Assembly (NCBI GenBank): GCA_007120465.1
Contig: SKNO01000149.1
Span: forward strand, 1-62,631
Length of the DNA stretch: 62,631 bases
Direction of reading: 5' to 3'
DNA from: Nitriliruptoraceae bacterium
GTDB taxonomy: Bacteria; Actinomycetota; Nitriliruptoria; Nitriliruptorales; Nitriliruptoraceae
Positions within the stretch are counted from its first letter, which is position 1, and the number at the start of each line of letters is the position of its first letter. Positions 24,748-34,421 of this stretch are shown here, one piece after another. The notes beneath the pieces were generated by a model. The model did not search any database and was not told where the DNA came from. It saw only the letters and a list, made by a program, of their open reading frames with translations. Position numbers and translations under genes: made by a program.

Positions 24748-26037
24748 ATGATGGGCCTCCATGCCGACCTGCTGCGCCGCCACCGTGAGGTGTTGCCCTC
24801 GTGGCTCGCCCTGTACTACGACCAGCCGATCGCGCTGGACCGCGGCGAGGGTCGACACGTGTGGGACCTCGAGGGCAACCGCTACCTCGACCTGTTCGGT
24901 GGGATCCTCACCACGATGACGGCCCACGCGCTGCCGGAGGTCGTCGAGGCCGTCCGCGAGCAGGCCGGTCGACTGCTCCACAGCTCGACCCTGTACCTGA
25001 TCGAGTCGCAGGTCGCGCTGGCGGAGCGCATCGCCGCGCTCGCCCCGATCCCGGATGCCAAGGTGTTCTTCACGACGTCGGGCACCGAGGCGAACGAGGC
25101 GGCGCTGATGCTCGCCTGCACCGCACGCCGGTCCCAGCAGGTGCTCGCCGTGCGCAACAGCTACCACGGCCGCTCCTTCGCGACCGTCGCGATCACCGGC
25201 AACCGTGGTTGGTCCCCCTCCGCCCTCTCACCGGTGGACGTGAAGTACGTGCACGGTGGGTACCGGCTCCGCTCGCCGTTCGGGCACCTCGACGACCAGG
25301 CGTACATCGACGCGTGCGTCGAGGATCTGCGTGACGTGCTGGCCACCCAGACGGCCGGGGACGTGGCCTGCCTCATCGCCGAACCGATCCAGGGCGTCGG
25401 CGGCTTCGCGACCCCGCCGGACGGGCTGCTCGGAGCCTGGAAGCAGGTCTGTGACGAGCACGACATCCTGTTCATCGCCGACGAGGTGCAGACCGGGTGG
25501 GGACGCACGGGCGAGCACCTCTGGGGCGTGGACGCGCACGGGGTCAGCCCGGACCTGATGACCTTCGCGAAGGGGCTCGGCAACGGCCTCACCCTCGCCG
25601 GGGTCGTCGCACGGTCGGACCTGATGGACGGGCTGCCCGCGAACTCCATCTCGACGTTCGGCGGCAACCCGCTGTCGTGCTCGGGGGCGCTCGCCAACCT
25701 CCAGTACCTGCTGGAACACGACCTCCAGGGCAACGCGGCGAAGGTGGGTGGCGCCCTGCTCCGGGAGCTGACCGAACGGGCGTCGAGGTGGCCGGCCGTC
25801 GCCGAGGTGCGCGGCAAGGGCCTGATGATCGGGATCGAACTGGTCGTCCCGGGCAGCCTCGACCCAGACCCCGCCGCCGCGGGGCGGGTGCTCGAGGCCA
25901 CCCGCGAGGCCGGGGTGCTCGTCGGCAAGGGCGGGCTGCACGGCAACGTGCTGCGGGTTGCGCCGCCGATGTCGATCACGATGGAGGAGGCAGAGGTCGG
26001 CCTCGCTGCCCTGGACGCGGCGCTGACCGCGCGCTGA
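24748..26037 (+). CDS. Class-III aminotransferase (GABA/beta-alanine-type)
   Basis: ATG at 24748 within ORF 24637..26037. LDRGEGRHVWDLEGNRYLD, DEVQTGWGRTG and FAKGLGNGL. Confidence 0.9.
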   Translation: MMGLHADLLRRHREVLPSWLALYYDQPIALDRGEGRHVWDLEGNRYLDLFGGILTTMTAHALPEVVEAVREQAGRLLHSSTLYLIESQVALAERIAALAPIPDAKVFFTTSGTEANEAALMLACTARRSQQVLAVRNSYHGRSFATVAITGNRGWSPSALSPVDVKYVHGGYRLRSPFGHLDDQAYIDACVEDLRDVLATQTAGDVACLIAEPIQGVGGFATPPDGLLGAWKQVCDEHDILFIADEVQTGWGRTGEHLWGVDAHGVSPDLMTFAKGLGNGLTLAGVVARSDLMDGLPANSISTFGGNPLSCSGALANLQYLLEHDLQGNAAKVGGALLRELTERASRWPAVAEVRGKGLMIGIELVVPGSLDPDPAAAGRVLEATREAGVLVGKGGLHGNVLRVAPPMSITMEEAEVGLAALDAALTAR

Positions 26038-26052
26038 CGGAGGGAGAGACAG

Positions 26053-27201
26053 GTGACCGAGCTTGGCACCACCACCGCGCGGTCGGCGCCATCGGCGGCG
26101 ACCGCGGCAGACGCGTCCGCCGTGTCCCTCCACGGGGTGACGAAGCGGTTCCCGGGCGGCAAGGGAACGCAGCCCGTCGTCGCCGTGGACGACATCGACC
26201 TCGACATCGTCGACGGCGAGTTCTTCTCCCTGCTCGGGCCGTCGGGGTGCGGGAAGACCACCACGCTCCGGATGGTCGCCGGGTTCGAGTACCCGAGCGC
26301 CGGCTCGATCCGGATCTTCGGTGAGGAGGTCGGGCTCAAGCCCCCGAACCGGCGGCCGGTCAACACCGTCTTCCAGTCGTACGCGCTGTTCCCCCACATG
26401 ACCGTGGAGCAGAACATCGCCTTCGGCCTCGAGATGAAGGACGTCTCCCGCAAGGAGATCGCGCAGCGGGTCGGCGAGGTCATCGAACTCGTCCAGCTGC
26501 AGGGCCGAGAGAAGAGCAAGCCGCGGCACCTCTCCGGGGGCCAGCAGCAGCGCGTCGCCCTCGCCCGCGCGCTGGTGAACCGACCGAAGGTGCTCCTGCT
26601 CGACGAGCCCCTCGGGGCGTTGGACCTCAAGCTGCGGCAGGCGATGCAGGTCGAGCTCAAGCAGATGCAGGAGCACGTCGGCATCACCTTCGTGTACGTC
26701 ACCCACGACCAGGAGGAAGCGCTGACGATGTCCGACCGCATCGCGGTGATGGACGGTGGTCAGCTCCTGCAGGTCGGCACGCCGGAGGAGATCTACGACC
26801 ATCCACGCACCCGCTTCGTGGCCGACTTCATCGGCGAGACGAACCTGCTGGAGGCGGTCGTGGTCGATGGCACGACCGCGACCCTCACCGACGGCACCCG
26901 GGTGCGGGTCGACAACGGGCAGACGTCGGGTACCACGGTGACGCTGGCGATCCGTCCCGAGAAGCTCGGGCTCCGTCACATCGACAGTGAGCGCAACGCA
27001 GCGCTCGACGCGGTGACCGGACGCGTCGAACGGGTGACCTTCCTCGGCAACGCGATCGCCTACGAGGTCCGTGTCGGGCAGGCGCAGGCGTTCGACCTGG
27101 AGGTGCGGCAGGGCAACGCGCCCGGCATCGAGCACTTCGCCGTGGGCGACGAGGTCCGGGTCCGCTGGGTGCCCTCGAGCGCCTCCGTGCTCGAGGACTA
27201 G
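26053..27201 (+). CDS. potA: Spermidine/putrescine ABC transporter ATP-binding protein
   Basis: 382 aa. Walker A GPSGCGKTT, signature LSGGQQQRVALARAL, Walker B LLLDEP. C-terminal TOBE-like domain. Confidence 0.9.
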   Translation: MTELGTTTARSAPSAATAADASAVSLHGVTKRFPGGKGTQPVVAVDDIDLDIVDGEFFSLLGPSGCGKTTTLRMVAGFEYPSAGSIRIFGEEVGLKPPNRRPVNTVFQSYALFPHMTVEQNIAFGLEMKDVSRKEIAQRVGEVIELVQLQGREKSKPRHLSGGQQQRVALARALVNRPKVLLLDEPLGALDLKLRQAMQVELKQMQEHVGITFVYVTHDQEEALTMSDRIAVMDGGQLLQVGTPEEIYDHPRTRFVADFIGETNLLEAVVVDGTTATLTDGTRVRVDNGQTSGTTVTLAIRPEKLGLRHIDSERNAALDAVTGRVERVTFLGNAIAYEVRVGQAQAFDLEVRQGNAPGIEHFAVGDEVRVRWVPSSASVLED

Positions 27202-27210
27202 GGGACGACC

Positions 27211-28134
27211 GTGTCGACGATCGTGACCCCGCCCGACCTCGACGAGCAGCCTGCCCGTCCGGGCAGGCTGCCACCGGGGCTGGAGGTCAAGGCCGAGAAG
27301 GCCGCGTCCCGCCGCGGACTGTTCATCGGGCTGCCCGCCTACGTCTACCTGATCCTCTTCTTCGCCCTGCCACTGGCCATCGTCGTCGTGTACTCCTTCG
27401 CAACACGCTCCGTGACGGGCCTCACGGTCCTCGGCGACTGGAACCTGCGCTCGTACGGCCGGCTGACCGACCCGCTGGTGCTGAGGATCGCGTGGCGATC
27501 GACGTGGATCGCCACGTTCACGACGGTGGTGTCGCTGGTGGTCGCGTACCCCTTCGCGTACTACCTCGCGACGCGGCCGCCGAAGGTGCGCGCGATCCTG
27601 CTCGTGCTCGTCATGATCCCCTTCTGGTCGAACTTCCTGGCGCGCACCTTCGCGTGGCGGCTGCTGCTCTCCTCCGACGGCCCCTTCGTGCGGCTCATGG
27701 AGTTCGTCGGCTACACCGACCTGCGGCTGCTGTTCACGCCCACCGCCGTGGTCCTCGGACTCGTGTACGGCTACCTGCCCTTCATGATCCTGCCGTTGTA
27801 CGCGTCGATCGAGCGCCTGGACCACTCCCTCGTCGAGGCGGCGCGGGACCTCTACGCCAGTGGATGGGAGGCGTTCCGGAAGGTCACCTGGCCGCTGACC
27901 CTGCCGGGGGTCATCGCCGGATCGATCCTGGTGTTCATCCCCTCCTTCGGGGCGTACGTCACCCCGGAGATCCTCGGTGGCACGGGCACGACGATGCTCG
28001 GGAACTACATCGGTCGGCAATTCGTGGGGACCGCCAGCGACTGGCCCTTCGGTTCGGCCCTGTCGGTCGCGATCCTGTTCGTGATGACGATCGCCGCGAT
28101 GGCGTACTTCCGCTCCGGAGGGAAGAACCTATGA
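27211..28134 (+). CDS. potB: Polyamine ABC transporter permease
   Basis: 307 aa, six TM segments, EAA-loop-like SLVEAARDLYASGWEAFRKVTWPL. Confidence 0.85.
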   Translation: MSTIVTPPDLDEQPARPGRLPPGLEVKAEKAASRRGLFIGLPAYVYLILFFALPLAIVVVYSFATRSVTGLTVLGDWNLRSYGRLTDPLVLRIAWRSTWIATFTTVVSLVVAYPFAYYLATRPPKVRAILLVLVMIPFWSNFLARTFAWRLLLSSDGPFVRLMEFVGYTDLRLLFTPTAVVLGLVYGYLPFMILPLYASIERLDHSLVEAARDLYASGWEAFRKVTWPLTLPGVIAGSILVFIPSFGAYVTPEILGGTGTTMLGNYIGRQFVGTASDWPFGSALSVAILFVMTIAAMAYFRSGGKNL

Positions 28135-28177
28135 GTGGGAGCGCCGACACCCGCCACGGTCGCCCGGGGGTCGCACC

Positions 28178-29050
28178 ATGAGCCTCGTCGACACGACGGG
28201 CGCAGGCCCGAGCCTCGCCGAGGATTCGGTCGCGCGTCCGCGACGGACGGTCGATCGCATCCTGGCCGGCAACGCGTGGCTCGTCTTCGCCTTCCTGTAC
28301 CTGCCGATCCTGGTCCTGATCGCGCTGTCGTTCAACGACAACACCCGCGTCGGGGTGTGGACGGAGTTCTCCTTCCGCTGGTACGGCGAGATGTTCGGCC
28401 ACACCCGCATCATGAGCGCGTTGCGGACGTCGATCCTGGTGGCGCTGATGTCCACCGCCGTGTCGACGGTGCTCGGGACGGCCGCGGCGCTGTCGATGGA
28501 GCGCTTCCGCTACCGCGGTCAGCGCGCGTTCGACGGGTTGCTGTACCTGCCCGTGATCATCCCGGACATCACGATGGCCGTGATGCTCCTGCTGTTCTTC
28601 GTGCAGGCGTTCGACATCGTGCTCCTGGTGACCGGCGTCGGCCTCTCCCGCGGGGTCGGCACGATCACCCTGGCGCACATCGCGTTCAACATCTCCTTCG
28701 TGGCGCTGGTGGTCCGTGCACGGTTGGCGGGCCTCGACAGCAGACTCGAGGAGGCAGCCGCGGACCTCTACGCGAGCCGGTGGCAGGCGTTCCGGCGGGT
28801 CACCCTGCCGTTGATCGCTCCCGGTGTCGCCGGAGGGGCGCTCCTGGCGTTGACGTTGTCCCTCGACGACGTCGTGATCGCCGAGTTCGTGAGTGGAGCC
28901 GGAACGACGACCCTGCCCGTGTACGTGTTCGGCGCCGTCCGGCGGGGGGTCTCCCCGCTGATCAACGCCGTGTCGGTGCTCATGCTGGTCGGGTCGATCC
29001 TGCTGGTCGTCGGCGCGCTGGCGATCTCGCGTCGTCGGGTGGAGACGTAG
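28178..29050 (+). CDS. potC: Polyamine ABC transporter permease
   Basis: 290 aa, EAA-loop-like RLEEAAADLYASRWQAFRRVTLPL. Confidence 0.85.
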   Translation: MSLVDTTGAGPSLAEDSVARPRRTVDRILAGNAWLVFAFLYLPILVLIALSFNDNTRVGVWTEFSFRWYGEMFGHTRIMSALRTSILVALMSTAVSTVLGTAAALSMERFRYRGQRAFDGLLYLPVIIPDITMAVMLLLFFVQAFDIVLLVTGVGLSRGVGTITLAHIAFNISFVALVVRARLAGLDSRLEEAAADLYASRWQAFRRVTLPLIAPGVAGGALLALTLSLDDVVIAEFVSGAGTTTLPVYVFGAVRRGVSPLINAVSVLMLVGSILLVVGALAISRRRVET

Positions 29051-29127
29051 ACAAGGTGTGCGCCCGGTAGACCGCCGGGTGCGAGGGAGAGGTCCGAGCT
29101 CTCGGACCGCTGACGGAGAGGCAGACG

Positions 29128-30282
29128 ATGAAACGGCGATGGATGGTGGCGACGGTGGTCCTGGCCGTGACGCTCGCGGCATGTGGCCGCGAGGTCGGCG
29201 GGGACCCCGCACCCGAACCAGACGAGGACACGACGGTCGACGAGACCCCGGACGACGGCGAGGCACCCGAGGCGGCCGGCTGCGAGGTCGGAGAGGTCGA
29301 CGGTGACCTGCTCTTCGGCAACTGGTCGGAGTACATGGACCCCGACCTGGTGACCCAGTTCGAGGAGGAGTACGGCGTCAACGTCACCGAGGACTTCTAC
29401 ACCTCGAACGAGGCGTTGCTCGCCCAGATCCGGGCCGGTGGCGCCGATTTCGACCTGGTCGTGCCCTCGGACTACATGGTCGAGATCATGATCGGGGAGG
29501 GCATCCTGATGGAGCTCGATCACGACGCGATCCCGAACATGGCCAACGTGGCCTCCGAGTTCGCGGACCCGCCCTACGACCCGGGCCTGCGCTACTCCAT
29601 GCCCTACCAGTGGGGGACGACCGGCATCGGTGTCGACCTCGAGGCGACGGGCGACGACCCACCGGCCTCGTGGGCGCTGTTGTTCGATCCTGACGTCGCC
29701 GGGGCGCTCCCGGGACAGATCTCGATCCTCGACGACCCGCGCGAAGGCATGGCTGCGGCACTGTTCTGGCTCGGCTACGACCTGAACACCACCGACGAGG
29801 GTGAGCTGCAGGAGGCCGCCGACGTGATCGAGGAGGCGCGTGCCTGGACGGTGACCTACACCTCCGACCAGTACGCCGAGCTGCTGCTGACCGGCGAGAC
29901 CGTGGTGGGGCACGGCTACAGCGGCGGGTTCCTCGACAGCTTCTGGGGCGCGGACGACCCGGACCGTTACACCTACCTCATCCCGGAGGAGGGTGCGGTG
30001 ATCTGGACCGACAACATGTCGATCCTCGCGGACGCCTCGAGCCCCTGCACCGCGCACACGTTCATCAACTTCATCCTCGACGCGGAGAACGGGGCGCAGT
30101 TGACGAACTTCACCTACTACGCCTCGCCGAACGCGGCCTCGACCGAGTTCATCGAGGACGAGATCACCCAGGACCCGACCATCTACCCGACCGATGAGGT
30201 CCGCCAGAACCTGTTCTTCCTGGAGTCCACCGGGGAGGCAGAGATCCTGTACACGGACCTGTTCACCCGCGCGCAGGGCTGA
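29128..30282 (+). CDS. potD: Polyamine ABC transporter substrate-binding lipoprotein
   Basis: 384 aa. Lipobox LTLAAC. PotD/PotF-type motifs (VVPSDYMV, MPYQWGTTGI). Confidence 0.85.
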   Translation: MKRRWMVATVVLAVTLAACGREVGGDPAPEPDEDTTVDETPDDGEAPEAAGCEVGEVDGDLLFGNWSEYMDPDLVTQFEEEYGVNVTEDFYTSNEALLAQIRAGGADFDLVVPSDYMVEIMIGEGILMELDHDAIPNMANVASEFADPPYDPGLRYSMPYQWGTTGIGVDLEATGDDPPASWALLFDPDVAGALPGQISILDDPREGMAAALFWLGYDLNTTDEGELQEAADVIEEARAWTVTYTSDQYAELLLTGETVVGHGYSGGFLDSFWGADDPDRYTYLIPEEGAVIWTDNMSILADASSPCTAHTFINFILDAENGAQLTNFTYYASPNAASTEFIEDEITQDPTIYPTDEVRQNLFFLESTGEAEILYTDLFTRAQG

Positions 30283-30300
30283 TGCCCTCGCGACGCTGAT

Positions 30301-30340
30301 GGCCCGGCCGCCGCGAGCACCGTCCGCGGCGGCCCGGGCC
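30301..30340 (+). terminator. GC-rich hairpin after potD (15/16-nt arms with one bulge, 9-nt loop)
   Basis: GGCCCGGCCGCCGCG-agcaccgtc-CGCGGCGGCCCGGGCC read directly. No clear U-tract. A second imperfect hairpin follows at about 30346-30372. Confidence 0.55.
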
Positions 30341-30391
30341 GCGTGACCCCGGCGGGACGTCCGGCGGGGTCGGACGGCGAAGGAGCCTGCT

Positions 30392-31897
30392 ATGAACACC
30401 GATCCGCCACGCCTCGGTCACTGGATCGGTGGGAAGCCGGTCAGCGACGACGCGGCCCCGCACGGCGAGGTGTTCGATCCCGCCACCGGCGCGGTCACCA
30501 AGCACGTCGCGTTCGCGCGTGCGGGCACCGTGGACGAGGCGGTGCGGACCGCCCGGGAGGCGTGGACCTCCACGTGGCGACGGTCGACGCTGACCCAGCG
30601 CTCCCGGGTGCTGTTCGCGTTCCGGGAACTCGTGGTGGCCCATCGCGACGAACTGGCCCGGCTGATCGTCTCCGAGCACGGCAAGGTGCTCGACGACGCC
30701 ACCGGCGAGGTCCAGCGGGGCATCGAGGTCGTCGAGTTCGCGTGCGGCATCCCGCACCTGCAGAAGGGGGCGTTCTCCGAGCAGGTGTCCACGGGCATCG
30801 ACAGCTACTCCCTGCGTCAGCCCCTCGGTGTGGTGGCCGGGATCACCCCCTTCAACTTCCCGGCGATGGTCCCCATGTGGATGTTCCCCCTGGCGATCGC
30901 GTGCGGGAACGCCTTCGTGCTCAAGCCCTCGGAGAAGGACCCGTCGGCGTCGCTGCGCATCGCCGAACTGTGGGCCGAGGCCGGGTTGCCGGACGGGGTG
31001 TTCACCGTCGTCAACGGGGGGCGGGAGGCCGTGGACGCGCTCCTGGCCCATCCCGACGTGGCCGCCGTCTCCTTCGTCGGTTCCACACCGGTGGCCCGAC
31101 ACGTGTTCACGACCGCCACGGAGCACGGCAAGCGCGTCCAGGCGCTCGGTGGCGCCAAGAACCACATGGTCGTGCTCCCCGATGCCGACCTGGGGTTGGC
31201 GGCCGACGCGGCGGTGTCGGCGGGCTACGGATCCGCCGGCGAACGCTGCATGGCGATCTCGGCGGTGGTCGCCGTCGGTGACGTCGGCGATCGGCTCGTC
31301 CCGCTGATCGAGGAGCGGATCGCCGGGCTGCAGGTGGGGCCCGGACTCGACCCACGGGCAGAGATGGGGCCGCTGGTCACCCGCGAGCACCGCGACCGGG
31401 TCGCCGGCTACCTCGACATCGCCGTCGAGGACGGGGCGCGCGTGGTGGTCGACGGCCGCACCATGTCGGCACCGGCAGGCCACGAGGACGGGTTCTGGCT
31501 CGGCCCCTGCCTCATCGACGACGTCCGACCCGGGATGCGCGTCCACGCCGAGGAGATCTTCGGCCCGGTGCTCTCCGTCCTGCGCGTGGACAGCTACGAC
31601 GCCGCCATCGAGGTCGTGAACGACCTGCCCTACGGCAACGGGACGGCGGTGTTCACCTCCGACGGCGGGGCCGCCCGCCGCTTCCAGTCGGAGATCGAGG
31701 TCGGGATGGTGGGCATCAACGTGCCGATCCCCGTCCCGATGGCCTACTACCCGTTCGGCGGGTGGAAGGACTCCCTGTTCGGAGACACGCACGTGCACGG
31801 CACCGACGCGGTGCACTTCTACACCCGCGGCAAGGTGGTGACCTCGAGGTGGTCCGACCGAGCCGGCCTGCGGCTGCAGTTCCCGACGAACGAGTGA
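30392..31897 (+). CDS. mmsA: CoA-acylating methylmalonate/malonate-semialdehyde dehydrogenase
   Basis: 501 aa. GHWIGGK N-terminus, catalytic GERCMA. The Glu of other ALDHs is replaced (LGGAKNHMVV), which is typical of MmsA. Confidence 0.9.
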   Translation: MNTDPPRLGHWIGGKPVSDDAAPHGEVFDPATGAVTKHVAFARAGTVDEAVRTAREAWTSTWRRSTLTQRSRVLFAFRELVVAHRDELARLIVSEHGKVLDDATGEVQRGIEVVEFACGIPHLQKGAFSEQVSTGIDSYSLRQPLGVVAGITPFNFPAMVPMWMFPLAIACGNAFVLKPSEKDPSASLRIAELWAEAGLPDGVFTVVNGGREAVDALLAHPDVAAVSFVGSTPVARHVFTTATEHGKRVQALGGAKNHMVVLPDADLGLAADAAVSAGYGSAGERCMAISAVVAVGDVGDRLVPLIEERIAGLQVGPGLDPRAEMGPLVTREHRDRVAGYLDIAVEDGARVVVDGRTMSAPAGHEDGFWLGPCLIDDVRPGMRVHAEEIFGPVLSVLRVDSYDAAIEVVNDLPYGNGTAVFTSDGGAARRFQSEIEVGMVGINVPIPVPMAYYPFGGWKDSLFGDTHVHGTDAVHFYTRGKVVTSRWSDRAGLRLQFPTNE

Positions 31898-31954
31898 GCC
31901 CACCGTCTAGGGTCGAGCGAACGAGCGTCCACGCCAGCGTCGGGAGAGCCGAAC

Positions 31955-32941
31955 GTGCGAGAGCTTCCGCGCACCGGCGGTGAGGGGACGCCGCTCGGTC
32001 CGGTCGATGCCACGCTGGTCCCGAGGTACGGGGGACCGGCCACCTTCGCGCGGCTGCCCCGTGTCGACGAGGTCGAGCACGCCGACGTCAAGCTGGTCGG
32101 GGTGCCCTTCGACACCGGCGTCTCCTACCGGCCCGGCGCCAGGTTCGGGCCGGCCCACGTGCGTGCGGCGTCCCGGCTGCTGCGGCCGTACCACCCCGGC
32201 CTGGACGTGGAACCGTTCGGTGCCCAGCAGGTGGCCGACGCCGGCGACCTCGGGGTCAACCCCTTCGACATCGAGGAGGCGATCGCCGCGATCGAAGCGG
32301 GGATGCGCGAGCTAACCGAGGACGGCGCCACGCTGCTGACGATCGGTGGCGACCACACGATCGCCCTGCCGCTGTTGCGCGTGATGCACGAGCGGCACGG
32401 CCCCGTGGCGGTGCTGCACTTCGACGCGCACCTCGACACGTGGGACACCTACTTCGGCGCTCCGTACACCCACGGCACGCCCTTCCGACGGGCCAGCGAG
32501 GAAGGGCTGATCGACCGGACGGCGTCGTGCCACGTGGGGGTGCGTGGGCCGCTGTACCACCGTGACGACCTGCGGCAGGACGCCGAGCTCGGCTTCCTCC
32601 CCGTCCACGCCGATGCCTTCGAGGACCTCGGGGTCGCCGGCGTGGTCGCCGTCGTGCGGGAACGGCTCGGAGACGCGCCCGTCTACGTCTCGATCGACAT
32701 CGACGTCCTCGACCCGGCCCATGCCCCGGGGACGGGCACCCCCGAGGCGGGCGGGCTGACCTCGCGGGAGCTGCTCGGGGTGCTGCGCGGGCTCGTCGGG
32801 CTGCGGCTGGTCGGCGCGGACCTCGTCGAGGTGGCACCCGCGTACGACCACGCCGAGGTGACCGGCATCGCTGCCGCGCACGTCGTCTTCGAACTGCTCG
32901 CGCTGCTGGCATGCCAGCACGGAACCGGCTGCAGACCCTGA
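31955..32941 (+). CDS. Agmatinase-family ureohydrolase (agmatinase or guanidinobutyrase)
   Basis: 328 aa. Mn-binding motifs [19 protein letters not shown] and [22 protein letters not shown]. Confidence 0.85.
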   Translation: MRELPRTGGEGTPLGPVDATLVPRYGGPATFARLPRVDEVEHADVKLVGVPFDTGVSYRPGARFGPAHVRAASRLLRPYHPGLDVEPFGAQQVADAGDLGVNPFDIEEAIAAIEAGMRELTEDGATLLTIGGDHTIALPLLRVMHERHGPVAVLHFDAHLDTWDTYFGAPYTHGTPFRRASEEGLIDRTASCHVGVRGPLYHRDDLRQDAELGFLPVHADAFEDLGVAGVVAVVRERLGDAPVYVSIDIDVLDPAHAPGTGTPEAGGLTSRELLGVLRGLVGLRLVGADLVEVAPAYDHAEVTGIAAAHVVFELLALLACQHGTGCRP

Positions 32942-32954
32942 CGAGGAGGACACC

Positions 32955-34421
32955 GTGTCCATGGACCGACCGATGTGGATCGCCAACGAGCACGTCGTCC
33001 CGAGCGCCGGCGGCTGGATCGACAGCGAGGATCCCGCCACCGAGGAGGTGCTGGGACGGGTGCCGGCTGGCGGCAAGGAGGACGTCGACCGCGCCGTCGC
33101 GGCCGCCCTCGACGCGTGGGACGGGTGGCGCTACACCGCGGCGAACGACCGCGCGGAGCTGATGCACGAGGCGGTCGCGAAGAGCCTCGACGCGTCCGAC
33201 GACCTCGTCGAACTGCTGACCAAGGAGCAGGGCAAGGCGCGGCCGGAGCAGGAGGAGGAAGCCGAGTGGGCGCTCACCTCACTGCGCTACTACGCCGAGC
33301 TGGGACGCAACGGGCTCGGCCGGGTGATCCCTTCGGCGGAACCGCGCACCCAGCTCAACCTCGTCCTGAAGGAGCCCTACGGGGTCGTGGGGGCGATCGT
33401 CCCGTGGAACTTCCCGCTGTTGCTGCTGTCCTGGAAGCTGGCGCCCGCGCTGGCGGCAGGCAACACGGTCGTGATCAAGCCCTCCGAGCTGACGTCGCTG
33501 ATCACCCTCGAGTGGATCGAGCGGTGCTTCGATCACTTCCCCGCCGGTGTCATCAACGTCGTGACCGGCACCGGTCAGGAGGCCGGGGAGGCCCTCGTGG
33601 CGCACCCGGATGTCCGGGTCATCGCGATGACGGGCTCGGTCGCCACCGGTCAGCGGATCGCTTCGGTCGCGGCGCCGATGATGAAGCACCTCCACCTCGA
33701 GCTGGGTGGGAAGGACGCTTTCGTGGTCGCGCCGGACGCCGACCTGGAGGCCGCGGCGGATGCGCTGGCGTACTCGGCGTTGTTCAACGCCGGACAGGTC
33801 TGCACCTCGTCGGAGCGGATCTACGTGCCGTCCGGGCAGCGTGACGGGTTCGCCGAGGTGGTGACCGAGAAGGTGCGGGGGTTGCGGCTCGGGCACGGTC
33901 TCGATGCGGACACCGACATGGGGCCGATGGCTGCCAACCGCTTCCGCGACAAGGTGGCGAACCACATCGAGGATGCGGTGTCCCGCGGCGCCACGGTGCT
34001 GACCGGTGGGAAGCGACCGGACCGTGCCGGGTACTTCTTCGAGCCGACGGTGCTCGTCGACGTCAAAGACGACATGGTCATCATGCAGGAGGAGACCTTC
34101 GGCCCGACGATCCCCATCGGCACCTACGACCAGCTCGATGACGCGATCGCGCGCATCAACGCGTCCCCGATGGGACTCGGCGCCACCATCCGGTCCTCCG
34201 ACCCCCTCACCATCAAGCGGTTCTACGAGGGGGTGAAGGCGGGCACGATCTGGGTCAACGACCCGTTGACGGACAACTACGCGGGCCCGTTCGGCGGCAT
34301 GAAGATGACCGGGGGCGGACGCGAGCTCGGTCCCGAGGGCCTGGAGACGTTCCTCGAGAGCAAGCACGTCCACTGGGACTTCGACCAGGCTCCCAAGGAC
34401 TGGTGGTTCCCCTACCCGTGA
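32955..34421 (+). CDS. NAD(P)-dependent aldehyde dehydrogenase
   Basis: 488 aa. ELGGKDAFVV and GQVCTSSERI. Confidence 0.9.
   Translation: MSMDRPMWIANEHVVPSAGGWIDSEDPATEEVLGRVPAGGKEDVDRAVAAALDAWDGWRYTAANDRAELMHEAVAKSLDASDDLVELLTKEQGKARPEQEEEAEWALTSLRYYAELGRNGLGRVIPSAEPRTQLNLVLKEPYGVVGAIVPWNFPLLLLSWKLAPALAAGNTVVIKPSELTSLITLEWIERCFDHFPAGVINVVTGTGQEAGEALVAHPDVRVIAMTGSVATGQRIASVAAPMMKHLHLELGGKDAFVVAPDADLEAAADALAYSALFNAGQVCTSSERIYVPSGQRDGFAEVVTEKVRGLRLGHGLDADTDMGPMAANRFRDKVANHIEDAVSRGATVLTGGKRPDRAGYFFEPTVLVDVKDDMVIMQEETFGPTIPIGTYDQLDDAIARINASPMGLGATIRSSDPLTIKRFYEGVKAGTIWVNDPLTDNYAGPFGGMKMTGGGRELGPEGLETFLESKHVHWDFDQAPKDWWFPYP

Noticed and set aside
25228-31903. Minus-strand ORFs of 543-930 aa (25228..28020, 25161..26741, 28768..30399, 30263..31903) opposite the pot and mmsA genes
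   Set aside because: Low-complexity R/G/D/P/H translations that overlap well-supported plus-strand genes.
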